Shown here in pieces: positions 8,566 through 17,610 of a DNA stretch of 64,000 bases. Within the stretch, counting starts at the first letter, position 1; each line of letters opens with the position of its first letter. The position numbers and the translations under genes are program-made. The DNA comes from a virus. The notes beneath the pieces were generated by a model that saw only the letters and a program-made list of their open reading frames with translations, had not been told where the DNA came from and did no database searches. The stretch covers positions 1 through 64,000 of the IMG/VR virus record IMGVR_UViG_3300008108_000016, one strand, 5' to 3'.

Positions 8566-11500
8566 ATGGCTAAAAATTTAATAGAGTTTGATGCTTATAG
8601 TGCTGATGTTGTTGATTATAATAATTATAACTCAACAAAAACAGTTTTAGGCCCTGATATATATAAATTTACGGGTGCAACAACAAGTGATTATTATATT
8701 TCACCAAATCCAACAACATTTAGAGATATAACACAAGATACAGGTGTTAATAACTGGGGAGATATAGACGTAATACCATATACCGGAAATACTCAATGGT
8801 TATTCGCACTAAAGGGTTTTGATGCTTCGGTCGCAACAACAGACATTGCAATGTATGAATTTGATAAATCAAATTTCACTTACAGTTATGTTGGTGCAAT
8901 TTCTTGCGCAAACTTAGATAGTTCCAACCTTAGAATTCAACACGCAATAAAAGCAAGTTTAAATTATTACACAGGAGGCACAGTTCAAGTAAACGGGACT
9001 TCAGTTACAGGGACAAGTACTGATTGGATTAGTAATAGGATTGCCGTAGGATCAAGGATTGGATTTGGATCAAATGACCCGTCTCAAATCACTCAATGGT
9101 ATAGAATTAGTGGTTATACAAACATGACAACACCTTCAGTTTCAAATGGAGCAATACATTGTGTAAGGGTTGATAATTCAGGGAAAATTTATATCGGAGG
9201 AGATTTTACAACATACAATGGAGTTAGTACTAATAGGATTGCCAGATTAAATTCAAACGGAACCATAGACACTTCATTTAGCACATCAGGATTTAATTCA
9301 ACAGTTAGGGTGATTAAATTTGACTCATCCGGTAAATTATATGTTGGTGGTGATTTCACTCAATATAGTGGACAGACAAATAACCGAATAATAAAATTAA
9401 ATACTGATGGTACTAAAGATACCTCATTTGACAATACTTCAGGTTTTAATAGTACTGTTTATGATATTCAATTTGACTCTACCGGATCCTTATGGGTGGG
9501 AGGTGCTTTTACAACTTACAGTGGGGTTTCTTCACCATATTTAGCAAAACTCACAACAGGTGGAACTAGGGATGTTAGTTATTCAACAACAAATAGTCCA
9601 AACACAAATGTTAATACAATTGCTGTTGATAATAATAATGATGTCTATATTGGTGGTAACTTTACTCAAGTTGGTGCGGTGGCAAATAACTCAAGATACA
9701 TTGCAAAAATTTTAAAAACAGGTGGTACTGATTCCACTTTTGTTGTTGGTGCGGCTGGTTCGTCTAATGCTTTTGATGGTGTAGTTTTTACGATTCATTA
9801 TAAATCTTCTACAAATACAATTATTGCGGGTGGTTCATTTGGTAGTTGGAAGGGGTCAAGTAATATACATTTAACTGAATTATCCTCAACGGGTAACGCC
9901 ATTATTACATCGGCATCACCTTCTGCTGTACAACCATATTCAATGGTGGTTGATTCGTCAAATAATATTTATATTAACACAAATCAATTTACCACAACTA
10001 AAAGAAATATCAATACATTAACCGCGGATCCAAATTTTTTATTTAATTTAACTTCCGCAGCAAACGCTGTAAGTTATTCAAATAATGCAATGGCATTAAG
10101 TCCTAGTGAAGATAGGTTATATTTAACAACATCTAATACGGCAATAGATAATGGAATCGTTTGTGTTGAAACAACGGGAGGAACAAGAGATCCTAATTTT
10201 ATAACAACCACAGACTATATATCACAAAGGATCTCATTAAATAGTTCTGCCGGTGTTTTTTCCACAGGAACTCCTTACGTTATTGAGGAACTAAAATTAT
10301 TTACGTATAGAACAGGCACCGGGCCTTTTATGATACAAGGACTTGCAAAACAAGATTTTACAATATCCCCAACCTCAATTGTAACTCCTGTTTTCAATTA
10401 CGCTGCATTATCTAAAGGTATGTATGAATTAGAAGATTGTAACTATACTGTCGCTAGAGGCCCTAACTATGTTGCCACTTTTACAAACACAATAAAAGAT
10501 AATTATATTACAGGTGTAATAAGTGCAAATACTCAATATCTTTATGTAATTAATAGTACAGGAAGAATAGCAAGATTTAATATTAAAAGTCCAACAATAA
10601 ATCAAATTGGTGATAGTAGTGGTCGTATTAAATTTAACACTTTTAGTCAATTAATTGAAAGCACAAACGCAGTTCTTGATACCACAGGATCTGCCCCAAA
10701 TACATATTCAACAGGTAAATTTACAATATCAACAATGCAATCAGGAAGTGCTCAAGGAGTTGAGTCGTTTTATATGGACGGTTCAGGTGTTATTCAATCA
10801 CCAATAGAATCTTTCTCAAACGAGGCAACACTTTCATTTAGTGTAATGTCTGAGGTTCCTCCAGGGTCAACAACCACTTATGCTGCGGCAGGAAACGTAG
10901 GTAGAGTATATTATATGCCTGAAATTGATAGATTAATTGTTTTAAACACATCAACAACGGCAAAAAGTTATATAACAGGATATAGAACAAACTTACAACA
11001 ACCAACATTGGTGAGTACCTTTTATGGTAGAGAAACTTATAATAATTTAGCATATGAAAATTCATTTGATTTGGCATTTTTATTTAATGGAGGTCAACTA
11101 CAAGGAAATACATCAAACGCTAATGCACCTAAATATCCTGACACATTAGGAACTGGATTCTTTGGGTCTGTTTGTAATGGTGTTTTACATTTATGTAGAC
11201 CTTTAAATACCATACAAAATAACCTATATTCCGTACCATTATCTTGTGAGGCAAAATATGTTGACACATCTAATAATGTTTTTATTAGCCCAAAATATAC
11301 TTTACCAAACGTAATTTCAATTACAGGGTTATTTGTTAATACTCTTAAAGAGTATGGAAGTTACCCATTTGCATTACCACCAGAACCAATTGTTATTGAT
11401 TATAGAACTACAGGAATTGATGATAATTCAGGATCTTGGACAACGTTTACTTCAGTTGAGGATTTAAATAATGATATAATCTGTGAAGGTGTTTTAGATG

Positions 11501-11910
11501 ACATAACAATACAATTTAGATTTTCATATAAAGTTGCTGGCAATACTTGCTTAGTGAATAGAATATATGGGTTTAGTTTATTATATGAAGATGATAGAAC
11601 TGATTCTCATTACAGTCCATCCGTCGCTAAAACAAATTTAAATAATAGAATATTTGCGTGGAGACAAGATTCCTTATGGAATGGTAATATTCCCGATCTT
11701 AAATTAAGATTATATAATTCAACAAATAACAATATTGTATTTTATGATACGGTATCAACCTCATCTTCAGGAACATGGGAGTATTCAACAGATGGGAATA
11801 CTTGGCAGTCTTGGGCATCATCGGCAGATACAGTCGGTAATTATATTCGTTATGTTGCCGATTTTGTACCTTCAGGAATAAAATTAAGAGTAGGATTAAA
11901 TAAAATATAA
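8566..11910 (+). CDS. large virion protein with delta-60-like beta-propeller repeats
   Basis: Repeats of D-x-x-GK(I/L)Y(I/V)GGDFT-x-Y...RI-x-(R/K)LN-x-(N/D)GT-x-DTSF. The flanks are paralogous to 11912..14077. Confidence 0.8.
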   Translation: MAKNLIEFDAYSADVVDYNNYNSTKTVLGPDIYKFTGATTSDYYISPNPTTFRDITQDTGVNNWGDIDVIPYTGNTQWLFALKGFDASVATTDIAMYEFDKSNFTYSYVGAISCANLDSSNLRIQHAIKASLNYYTGGTVQVNGTSVTGTSTDWISNRIAVGSRIGFGSNDPSQITQWYRISGYTNMTTPSVSNGAIHCVRVDNSGKIYIGGDFTTYNGVSTNRIARLNSNGTIDTSFSTSGFNSTVRVIKFDSSGKLYVGGDFTQYSGQTNNRIIKLNTDGTKDTSFDNTSGFNSTVYDIQFDSTGSLWVGGAFTTYSGVSSPYLAKLTTGGTRDVSYSTTNSPNTNVNTIAVDNNNDVYIGGNFTQVGAVANNSRYIAKILKTGGTDSTFVVGAAGSSNAFDGVVFTIHYKSSTNTIIAGGSFGSWKGSSNIHLTELSSTGNAIITSASPSAVQPYSMVVDSSNNIYINTNQFTTTKRNINTLTADPNFLFNLTSAANAVSYSNNAMALSPSEDRLYLTTSNTAIDNGIVCVETTGGTRDPNFITTTDYISQRISLNSSAGVFSTGTPYVIEELKLFTYRTGTGPFMIQGLAKQDFTISPTSIVTPVFNYAALSKGMYELEDCNYTVARGPNYVATFTNTIKDNYITGVISANTQYLYVINSTGRIARFNIKSPTINQIGDSSGRIKFNTFSQLIESTNAVLDTTGSAPNTYSTGKFTISTMQSGSAQGVESFYMDGSGVIQSPIESFSNEATLSFSVMSEVPPGSTTTYAAAGNVGRVYYMPEIDRLIVLNTSTTAKSYITGYRTNLQQPTLVSTFYGRETYNNLAYENSFDLAFLFNGGQLQGNTSNANAPKYPDTLGTGFFGSVCNGVLHLCRPLNTIQNNLYSVPLSCEAKYVDTSNNVFISPKYTLPNVISITGLFVNTLKEYGSYPFALPPEPIVIDYRTTGIDDNSGSWTTFTSVEDLNNDIICEGVLDDITIQFRFSYKVAGNTCLVNRIYGFSLLYEDDRTDSHYSPSVAKTNLNNRIFAWRQDSLWNGNIPDLKLRLYNSTNNNIVFYDTVSTSSSGTWEYSTDGNTWQSWASSADTVGNYIRYVADFVPSGIKLRVGLNKI

Positions 11911-11911
11911 T

Positions 11912-14077
11912 ATGTATAAAAATTTTATTGAATATAATTTTGATACTCAGTCGGTTGACTATCCTCTTAATTACGATTCCACAAAATTGAATTTGGGGTA
12001 TTTAATGGAAAAAAATACCGATTCATATGGAGACATTTACGTAACCCCATATGAACCTTTTTTTATAAGAGGTTATGAGGTTGTAAGACAGTTTTCAACG
12101 GTATATAACGACCAAATTAATTCATTAGGGTTTTTAAAATATAATTCAGACGTAAACTGGATTATATATAACCATGGTACAGAAAATACGGGAAATGTGG
12201 CTAAAAGATTTTTTTTAGGTACATACACAAAATCCACAAAAGAATTTAATAATATTGGTAGTATTACGGTTAACGCACCAAATAATGCTTCACATACCTC
12301 ATATTCTATAACACCATCTATGGAATATCATACTGGCGGTACTGTAAGTGTTAATTCAACAATTGTTAGTGGTGATAGTACTTCTTGGGTTACCAATGGT
12401 GTATGTGCGGGCAATAGAATTGGCTTCGGATCAACAATATCAAGTGCAATTACTAAATGGTATGAAATTACATCAGTATCGGCTAATACAGTTTTAATTA
12501 TAGGTAAAGAATATAGTACTGATGGCGAAACTAATGGTTTATCATATTCCGCAGGTACTCCATATGTAATTGAGGATTTTAGATTAATTTATACCAATTA
12601 TGGGGTTGCAACAGCATCAATTAGAAGTATTATGATTACTAAAGGTTTAAGATATGAACTTTTCAGACCAACTCCAACTGTTATTCCTGTTGCAACAACC
12701 GTAGATAACATAAGGGCAGGATACAGAATAATAGATGCAACAGGAACTACCGCATCATTCATACCAATTGGTCTTATAATGGAAGATAAAACGTCTTTTA
12801 CTAACCAAGAATTATATAGTTTGAGTTATCTATCATCCACAACATCATCCATACAAAAATTCAACATAAGATCACCATTAACAGTTGTTGGTGGAGTTTC
12901 AAATTCTCCATTTTTATTAACAACAGGATCTCAATCCCATGGAGGAACAAATATGGGATTCTTCAATTCATTTATCAAAGGAACTAATAATAATTATTAT
13001 ATAAATTATTACACAAGGATTGGTAGAGTAATTCCTGCAAATATAGTTAGTGGATCAACAACTTTTATTTCAGACACTATGGTTGAGAACCCTCCTGGGT
13101 CTGCGGTTACTTTTAGTACCAGTTCACAATTACAAGGGTTCCACTATTTAGAAAAATCACAAAGATTTTATATACCAAATTTACAAGGAACATTTAGGCA
13201 TTATGTTACCCCATACATTAGTGGTTCAACCACCACTTTTGAGAGAGTTGCATTAACAAATGACACAGTCCAAACAAACACATATACGGTGTTTAGTATT
13301 GATGAGCCTACAGCTAACTATATTAGCTCACCAATAAGATCATATTATTTTGATGAGTTGTCATACATTGTTAGGGATGTAGCAACTAATAATAATATCA
13401 TATACGCATTACCTTTAGAGGCAGACAAACAATATCATACAACAACAAATGCTTATATTATAACACCAGAGTTTTCTACACCATCAGCAACAACATATAA
13501 TAAAATTTATGTTAAATCAAAATCATATTTTAATGAAGATAGATTTATTGTCCCAACAGAAAATTTTGACATTTATTATAGAACTTCAGGAATAACTGCA
13601 GACACAGGATCTTGGGTATTAGTTGGCCAAAACGGAGATATTTCTTCCTCATCAGGTTCAAGCATTCAATTTAAACTAACATTTAAAACAATCGGTAATA
13701 ATTGTATTCCATCAAAAATATATGGAATTTCAATGTCCTATTACGAAAATAACACCCCACTTTCAACAACATATTACGACCCATCAATTGAAAATACAAA
13801 TATTGGGTCTCAAATTTTTTCTTGGAGGCAAAGTTCTATATTCAATGACCAAATACCAAATCTTAATATTAATATTTATAATGTAACTGGTAGTACATTA
13901 CTATTAAGTGATAGTGTTAGTGGATCAACAAATGGTATTTGGCAATATTCATCAAATGATGGTAATACATGGAATTCATGGTCATCATCGGCAAATACTG
14001 TGGGTAATTATATTAGATATAGTGCAAGTACCTTATCCGCATCAGGATTAATAGTTAAACCAATATTATACACATGA
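11912..14077 (+). CDS. virion protein, paralog of 8566..11910 lacking the propeller
   Basis: Shared TGGTV-x-VN...RIGFGS...WY-x-I, GTPYVIE, YRT-x-GI, WRQ, W-x-YS...VGNYIRY blocks. Confidence 0.8.
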   Translation: MYKNFIEYNFDTQSVDYPLNYDSTKLNLGYLMEKNTDSYGDIYVTPYEPFFIRGYEVVRQFSTVYNDQINSLGFLKYNSDVNWIIYNHGTENTGNVAKRFFLGTYTKSTKEFNNIGSITVNAPNNASHTSYSITPSMEYHTGGTVSVNSTIVSGDSTSWVTNGVCAGNRIGFGSTISSAITKWYEITSVSANTVLIIGKEYSTDGETNGLSYSAGTPYVIEDFRLIYTNYGVATASIRSIMITKGLRYELFRPTPTVIPVATTVDNIRAGYRIIDATGTTASFIPIGLIMEDKTSFTNQELYSLSYLSSTTSSIQKFNIRSPLTVVGGVSNSPFLLTTGSQSHGGTNMGFFNSFIKGTNNNYYINYYTRIGRVIPANIVSGSTTFISDTMVENPPGSAVTFSTSSQLQGFHYLEKSQRFYIPNLQGTFRHYVTPYISGSTTTFERVALTNDTVQTNTYTVFSIDEPTANYISSPIRSYYFDELSYIVRDVATNNNIIYALPLEADKQYHTTTNAYIITPEFSTPSATTYNKIYVKSKSYFNEDRFIVPTENFDIYYRTSGITADTGSWVLVGQNGDISSSSGSSIQFKLTFKTIGNNCIPSKIYGISMSYYENNTPLSTTYYDPSIENTNIGSQIFSWRQSSIFNDQIPNLNINIYNVTGSTLLLSDSVSGSTNGIWQYSSNDGNTWNSWSSSANTVGNYIRYSASTLSASGLIVKPILYT

Positions 14078-14235
14078 TAGATGATATAACATATGATTCA
14101 TTAATCTTTATATATGAAACACCTGAAAGTACCCCAGGTGGGGTTACTCTTGGGTACAGTTATGATGGTGATAATTTTGACTTTCAACAAACCAGTGGTG
14201 GTACGGGTGAAGTTAGTTTTATTTTTATAAGTTAA
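14074..14235 (+). CDS. small acidic hypothetical protein, 53 aa
   Basis: Translated by hand (MIDDITYDSLIFIYETPESTPGG...GEVSFIFIS). ATGA overlap with the upstream stop. Confidence 0.55.
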   Translation: MIDDITYDSLIFIYETPESTPGGVTLGYSYDGDNFDFQQTSGGTGEVSFIFIS

Positions 14236-14238
14236 ATT

Positions 14239-14433
14239 ATGGAAAAAATTTTACTAGAAAAAGGAGAAATATTACACAATGAACCAAATAGGGTTGTTTG
14301 TGTTAGTGGTGAATATGAATATGATGAAATGGTATTAGTCGGTGAATTAAATAACCCAATATATCCACCTGATTTCCCATTATATCAATATCCGGCATAT
14401 TATATTAAGTATGGAATATATCAACCCGAATAA
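14239..14433 (+). CDS. small hypothetical protein
   Basis: 64-aa ORF ending the + strand block. Confidence 0.6.
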   Translation: MEKILLEKGEILHNEPNRVVCVSGEYEYDEMVLVGELNNPIYPPDFPLYQYPAYYIKYGIYQPE

Positions 14434-14440
14434 TTAATAT

Positions 14441-14488
14441 AATCGTCTAATTATATGATATTTAAAATTATCGTTTAATTAGATGATT
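14441..14488. terminator. long imperfect hairpin between convergent genes (putative bidirectional terminator)
   Basis: aatcgtctaatta (14441-14453) pairs with taattagatgatt (14476-14488), with an inner atgata/tatcgt pair. Confidence 0.55.
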
Positions 14489-15093
14489 TACCAAATTTCT
14501 CTTGATCTCATATATCCTAAAACACAAGTATATGCATCAGTTTGATCAAAGTTTTCTTTCTTGAGAGTATTATTTTTGGTGTATAACCATTGGATCTGTG
14601 GTTCCTTTTTTGCAACTAATTCCCAAATTATCATTTTCTTATCAACATCTTTTGGTAATCCTCCAAATAATACAAATTTCTTTTTATCATTTTCCTTAAC
14701 CAATTCAGGGAATGCAAATTTTCTTGAATTATAGGTTGATATAAATTCAGGAACAATACCTAAAACATCATATATTTCTTTACATATCAATGTATTAAAC
14801 CTTAATAATGTTTGTATTGTATATACGTTATTTGAATTTAATAATGGTTCTTCAATGATTACGTTTACAATACCCAAATTTTTATATTCCAATAATTTTG
14901 TTTTAAAAATTTCAGATTTTAAAATAAGCTCTAACATCTTATTATCACCAAAATCTTTAGCTTTTGGTCTTGGTGAAACGTGAGATAACTCTAAAAGTTC
15001 TTTTGTTTGTATATCAAATAAAGCCCAACCTATAGTTCTTGTTGAGACATCTAATCCTAATATCTTGGGTGAGTTCTTAATATTTTTTGCCAT
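14488..15093 (-). CDS. ruvC: RuvC-like Holliday junction resolvase
   Basis: ILGLDVSTRTIGWA, VIIEEP, K..K, D-x-x-DA RNase H-fold catalytic motifs. Confidence 0.8.
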   Translation of the reverse strand: MAKNIKNSPKILGLDVSTRTIGWALFDIQTKELLELSHVSPRPKAKDFGDNKMLELILKSEIFKTKLLEYKNLGIVNVIIEEPLLNSNNVYTIQTLLRFNTLICKEIYDVLGIVPEFISTYNSRKFAFPELVKENDKKKFVLFGGLPKDVDKKMIIWELVAKKEPQIQWLYTKNNTLKKENFDQTDAYTCVLGYMRSREIW

Positions 15094-15143
15094 AAAAAAA
15101 TTATTTATTAATAATATAATGACTAATAAAAAAAATTAAAGTT

Positions 15144-17579
15144 TTAGAAATCTAACTTGACCACAAATTGCTGAATACCTTGTCTTAAAACAGGTGATTG
15201 TAATTTAGAGACAACCAAAACATCTTTGTTTCTATCAAGTAATGCAATTTCACTAATATATAATGGATTACCTTGTGTCCAAGTAGGATTTGTACTTCTA
15301 AGGAACTCAGCATTACTTAAATTGACCTTGTATTTCATTTCGTAAATTGTTGCTTGGATGTCAGTCTCAAATGATCCATAGAAATAATATTCATCACCGA
15401 AATTAAGTGTTTGACCCGTTGCTCCAATTTGTGGCAATGAAATATAATTATTAAGATTATATGTCGGTGCGGTATTATATAAATCAGGTGTAATAACAAA
15501 TGTAGTTCCTGTTAATCCATTTTCAGTTAAATAACCATTTATTGTAGATCCTGAAAGTGATGAGGTAAAATCAATGATCTTCCAATTCGCAGGATTTGGT
15601 CTTGTTCCTGTAGTTACTTTTTGACATAATATTTCAAAGTTAGTTGCATAATAACCATTAGGAACAACACAAGATGTAATACATTCACTACCGGCACTAA
15701 ATGATGGTTGAACCAAACATTTAAATTCTTCTCCGAATCTAACCGCAACATTTTTGGTTGTATCAGGATTACAATCATTATTATTTCCTGTTATCTTTGA
15801 GTAATAATTACAATGTAGTGAGTTTGTAAATCCTGTCGGATTTGACAATCTATAAGTAACGAACATAGTTTCATTACTTCCTGTCAAAATTCCATCAATG
15901 GTTGTTGTTGATTGACCACAAGTGTTAGGAGTGATCAAAGATATTTGTGGTGCGGTTAATGTCCAGTTTCTATTTGACTTATAAGACATTGCCGCAATAA
16001 TTTCTTCATCGTCAATAACAATTATTTTACTATCAGGGAAAACTTTACCAACTCTACTTGGGTATCCGTCAGCATTTGCATGAGTATCCCAAAGATGATA
16101 ATATCTAATTCCTGGTTGGTTCATTCCTGAATTCTTTGTTGATTCAATATAATGAACTTCAAATAAATTCTTATCCTCAAATCCCGCAGGATCTACCCAA
16201 AAAGTTTCACCAAAACAACATTGTGAATTCTTGTGCCACATAAGCCAAGGAACGTGTAATTTAAAGTTTCTTGCTTGTCCTGTAGTGTCTTCAGGGTTTG
16301 TTGGATCATAAGGTTCAAGAGCAAATTTTTCACCATAGAAGAAATCAATTGTTTGATTAGTATAGTGAATGATCGCAATTGCCTTTTGTTCACTAGGTGT
16401 TACTGTTATTTTCTCATCAAACGAGTTATAATAGTAAACAGAACTAGTGTCTCTACTTCCTAATGTGGAAGCATAACCCAAATATTCTTTAGTCCCCAAA
16501 TAATCTTTGGATCCAAAATAATTATAACCTTGATATACAGATGGTATCAAACCTGCCGGATTTTCACTCCAAGGAATGTTCATGTTCCAAACCTTTACAT
16601 CAAATTGATCTATATCACAAACAGATTCAAAATTAATTACATCCTGACTCCAATGTGGGCCTGGTGTAATACTATCATATATCGTTGTCATGTTTGGTGG
16701 ATATATTAATACTCTTGAATAACAATTACCTGAGAAATTTGATAAATCAGGGGTATTTCTATCCAATGTAACAACATTACCACAAATACCAACAATCTTA
16801 TATGTCATCATAGGATAACAACTCTCAAGAGACATTAAACAATCAGGTAGTGGTGGTGGTGGGCAAGCAGGACTTGACGATGGAGTTACACAAGGAGTTG
16901 TTGTTGGTGTTGGTGTTGCAGTTGGCGTACACTCAATATTATTTGTACTACTTGGTGTTGGGGTAGAAGTCGGTGTTGAATAGGGGGACGCTGTCGGCGT
17001 AGGTGTTGGTACATTATAACAAATTTGATTGGTGTCTGATTTACCATCAAAATATATTGTTATAAGATCCCCAACTGAAGGTGTTGTTGATGTATTATAA
17101 CTAACACCCGAAAAAATCAATGTTATTTCACTTGACCCACTAAGTTGACCTAAATTTACAACATAATTAGAATTTATAACATAATTGTCATTAGTTAAAG
17201 CACTCCAATTTATCGTTGTTGCGGTTGTATTACCCGTAAAAAATCCCCTTAATGGAGCCCTATTAAAAACAGGTTCAATATCTGAATCCATATATGGTAT
17301 ACCATATGTATTCCCATTACTACTATCAACAAAATAAGGGTATTTAACACTTTGTCTATTTGATTGAGGTATTCCAGCACTATTTTGTGTATTAAATGGT
17401 GGTTCTAAAACCATACTATATGGTTGATTATAACTGCTAGGTAATGCGTTGTATGATACTTCACTATCTCCAATTTGGAAATAAGCAATATTAAAATTAC
17501 CTTCAGACAATTTTTGTCTTCCTGTGTCGGTTACTCTAGTATTTACTAAACCCGATGTATTTTTAAGTATATATGCCAT
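15144..17579 (-). CDS. baseplate/tail-collar fibre-attachment protein with large insertion
   Basis: N-terminal TDTGRQKLS...FQIGDSE and C-terminal ISEIALLD...VVSKL resemble the two ends of the P2 gpH-type collar domain. An internal Cys/PT tract is present. Confidence 0.6.
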   Translation of the reverse strand: MAYILKNTSGLVNTRVTDTGRQKLSEGNFNIAYFQIGDSEVSYNALPSSYNQPYSMVLEPPFNTQNSAGIPQSNRQSVKYPYFVDSSNGNTYGIPYMDSDIEPVFNRAPLRGFFTGNTTATTINWSALTNDNYVINSNYVVNLGQLSGSSEITLIFSGVSYNTSTTPSVGDLITIYFDGKSDTNQICYNVPTPTPTASPYSTPTSTPTPSSTNNIECTPTATPTPTTTPCVTPSSSPACPPPPLPDCLMSLESCYPMMTYKIVGICGNVVTLDRNTPDLSNFSGNCYSRVLIYPPNMTTIYDSITPGPHWSQDVINFESVCDIDQFDVKVWNMNIPWSENPAGLIPSVYQGYNYFGSKDYLGTKEYLGYASTLGSRDTSSVYYYNSFDEKITVTPSEQKAIAIIHYTNQTIDFFYGEKFALEPYDPTNPEDTTGQARNFKLHVPWLMWHKNSQCCFGETFWVDPAGFEDKNLFEVHYIESTKNSGMNQPGIRYYHLWDTHANADGYPSRVGKVFPDSKIIVIDDEEIIAAMSYKSNRNWTLTAPQISLITPNTCGQSTTTIDGILTGSNETMFVTYRLSNPTGFTNSLHCNYYSKITGNNNDCNPDTTKNVAVRFGEEFKCLVQPSFSAGSECITSCVVPNGYYATNFEILCQKVTTGTRPNPANWKIIDFTSSLSGSTINGYLTENGLTGTTFVITPDLYNTAPTYNLNNYISLPQIGATGQTLNFGDEYYFYGSFETDIQATIYEMKYKVNLSNAEFLRSTNPTWTQGNPLYISEIALLDRNKDVLVVSKLQSPVLRQGIQQFVVKLDF

Positions 17580-17610
17580 TTGTTATATAAATACTATATT
17601 TTCTATTTTA

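Noticed and set aside
4260-14488. Invertase-controlled (Gin/Cin-type) fibre switch
   Set aside because: No site-specific recombinase or matching inverted repeats at both ends. The 14441-14488 inverted repeat is a local hairpin.
14488-15093. TnpB/Cas12 or transposase RuvC
   Set aside because: Only 201 aa with no Zn finger, terminal repeats or array. It fits a Holliday junction resolvase.
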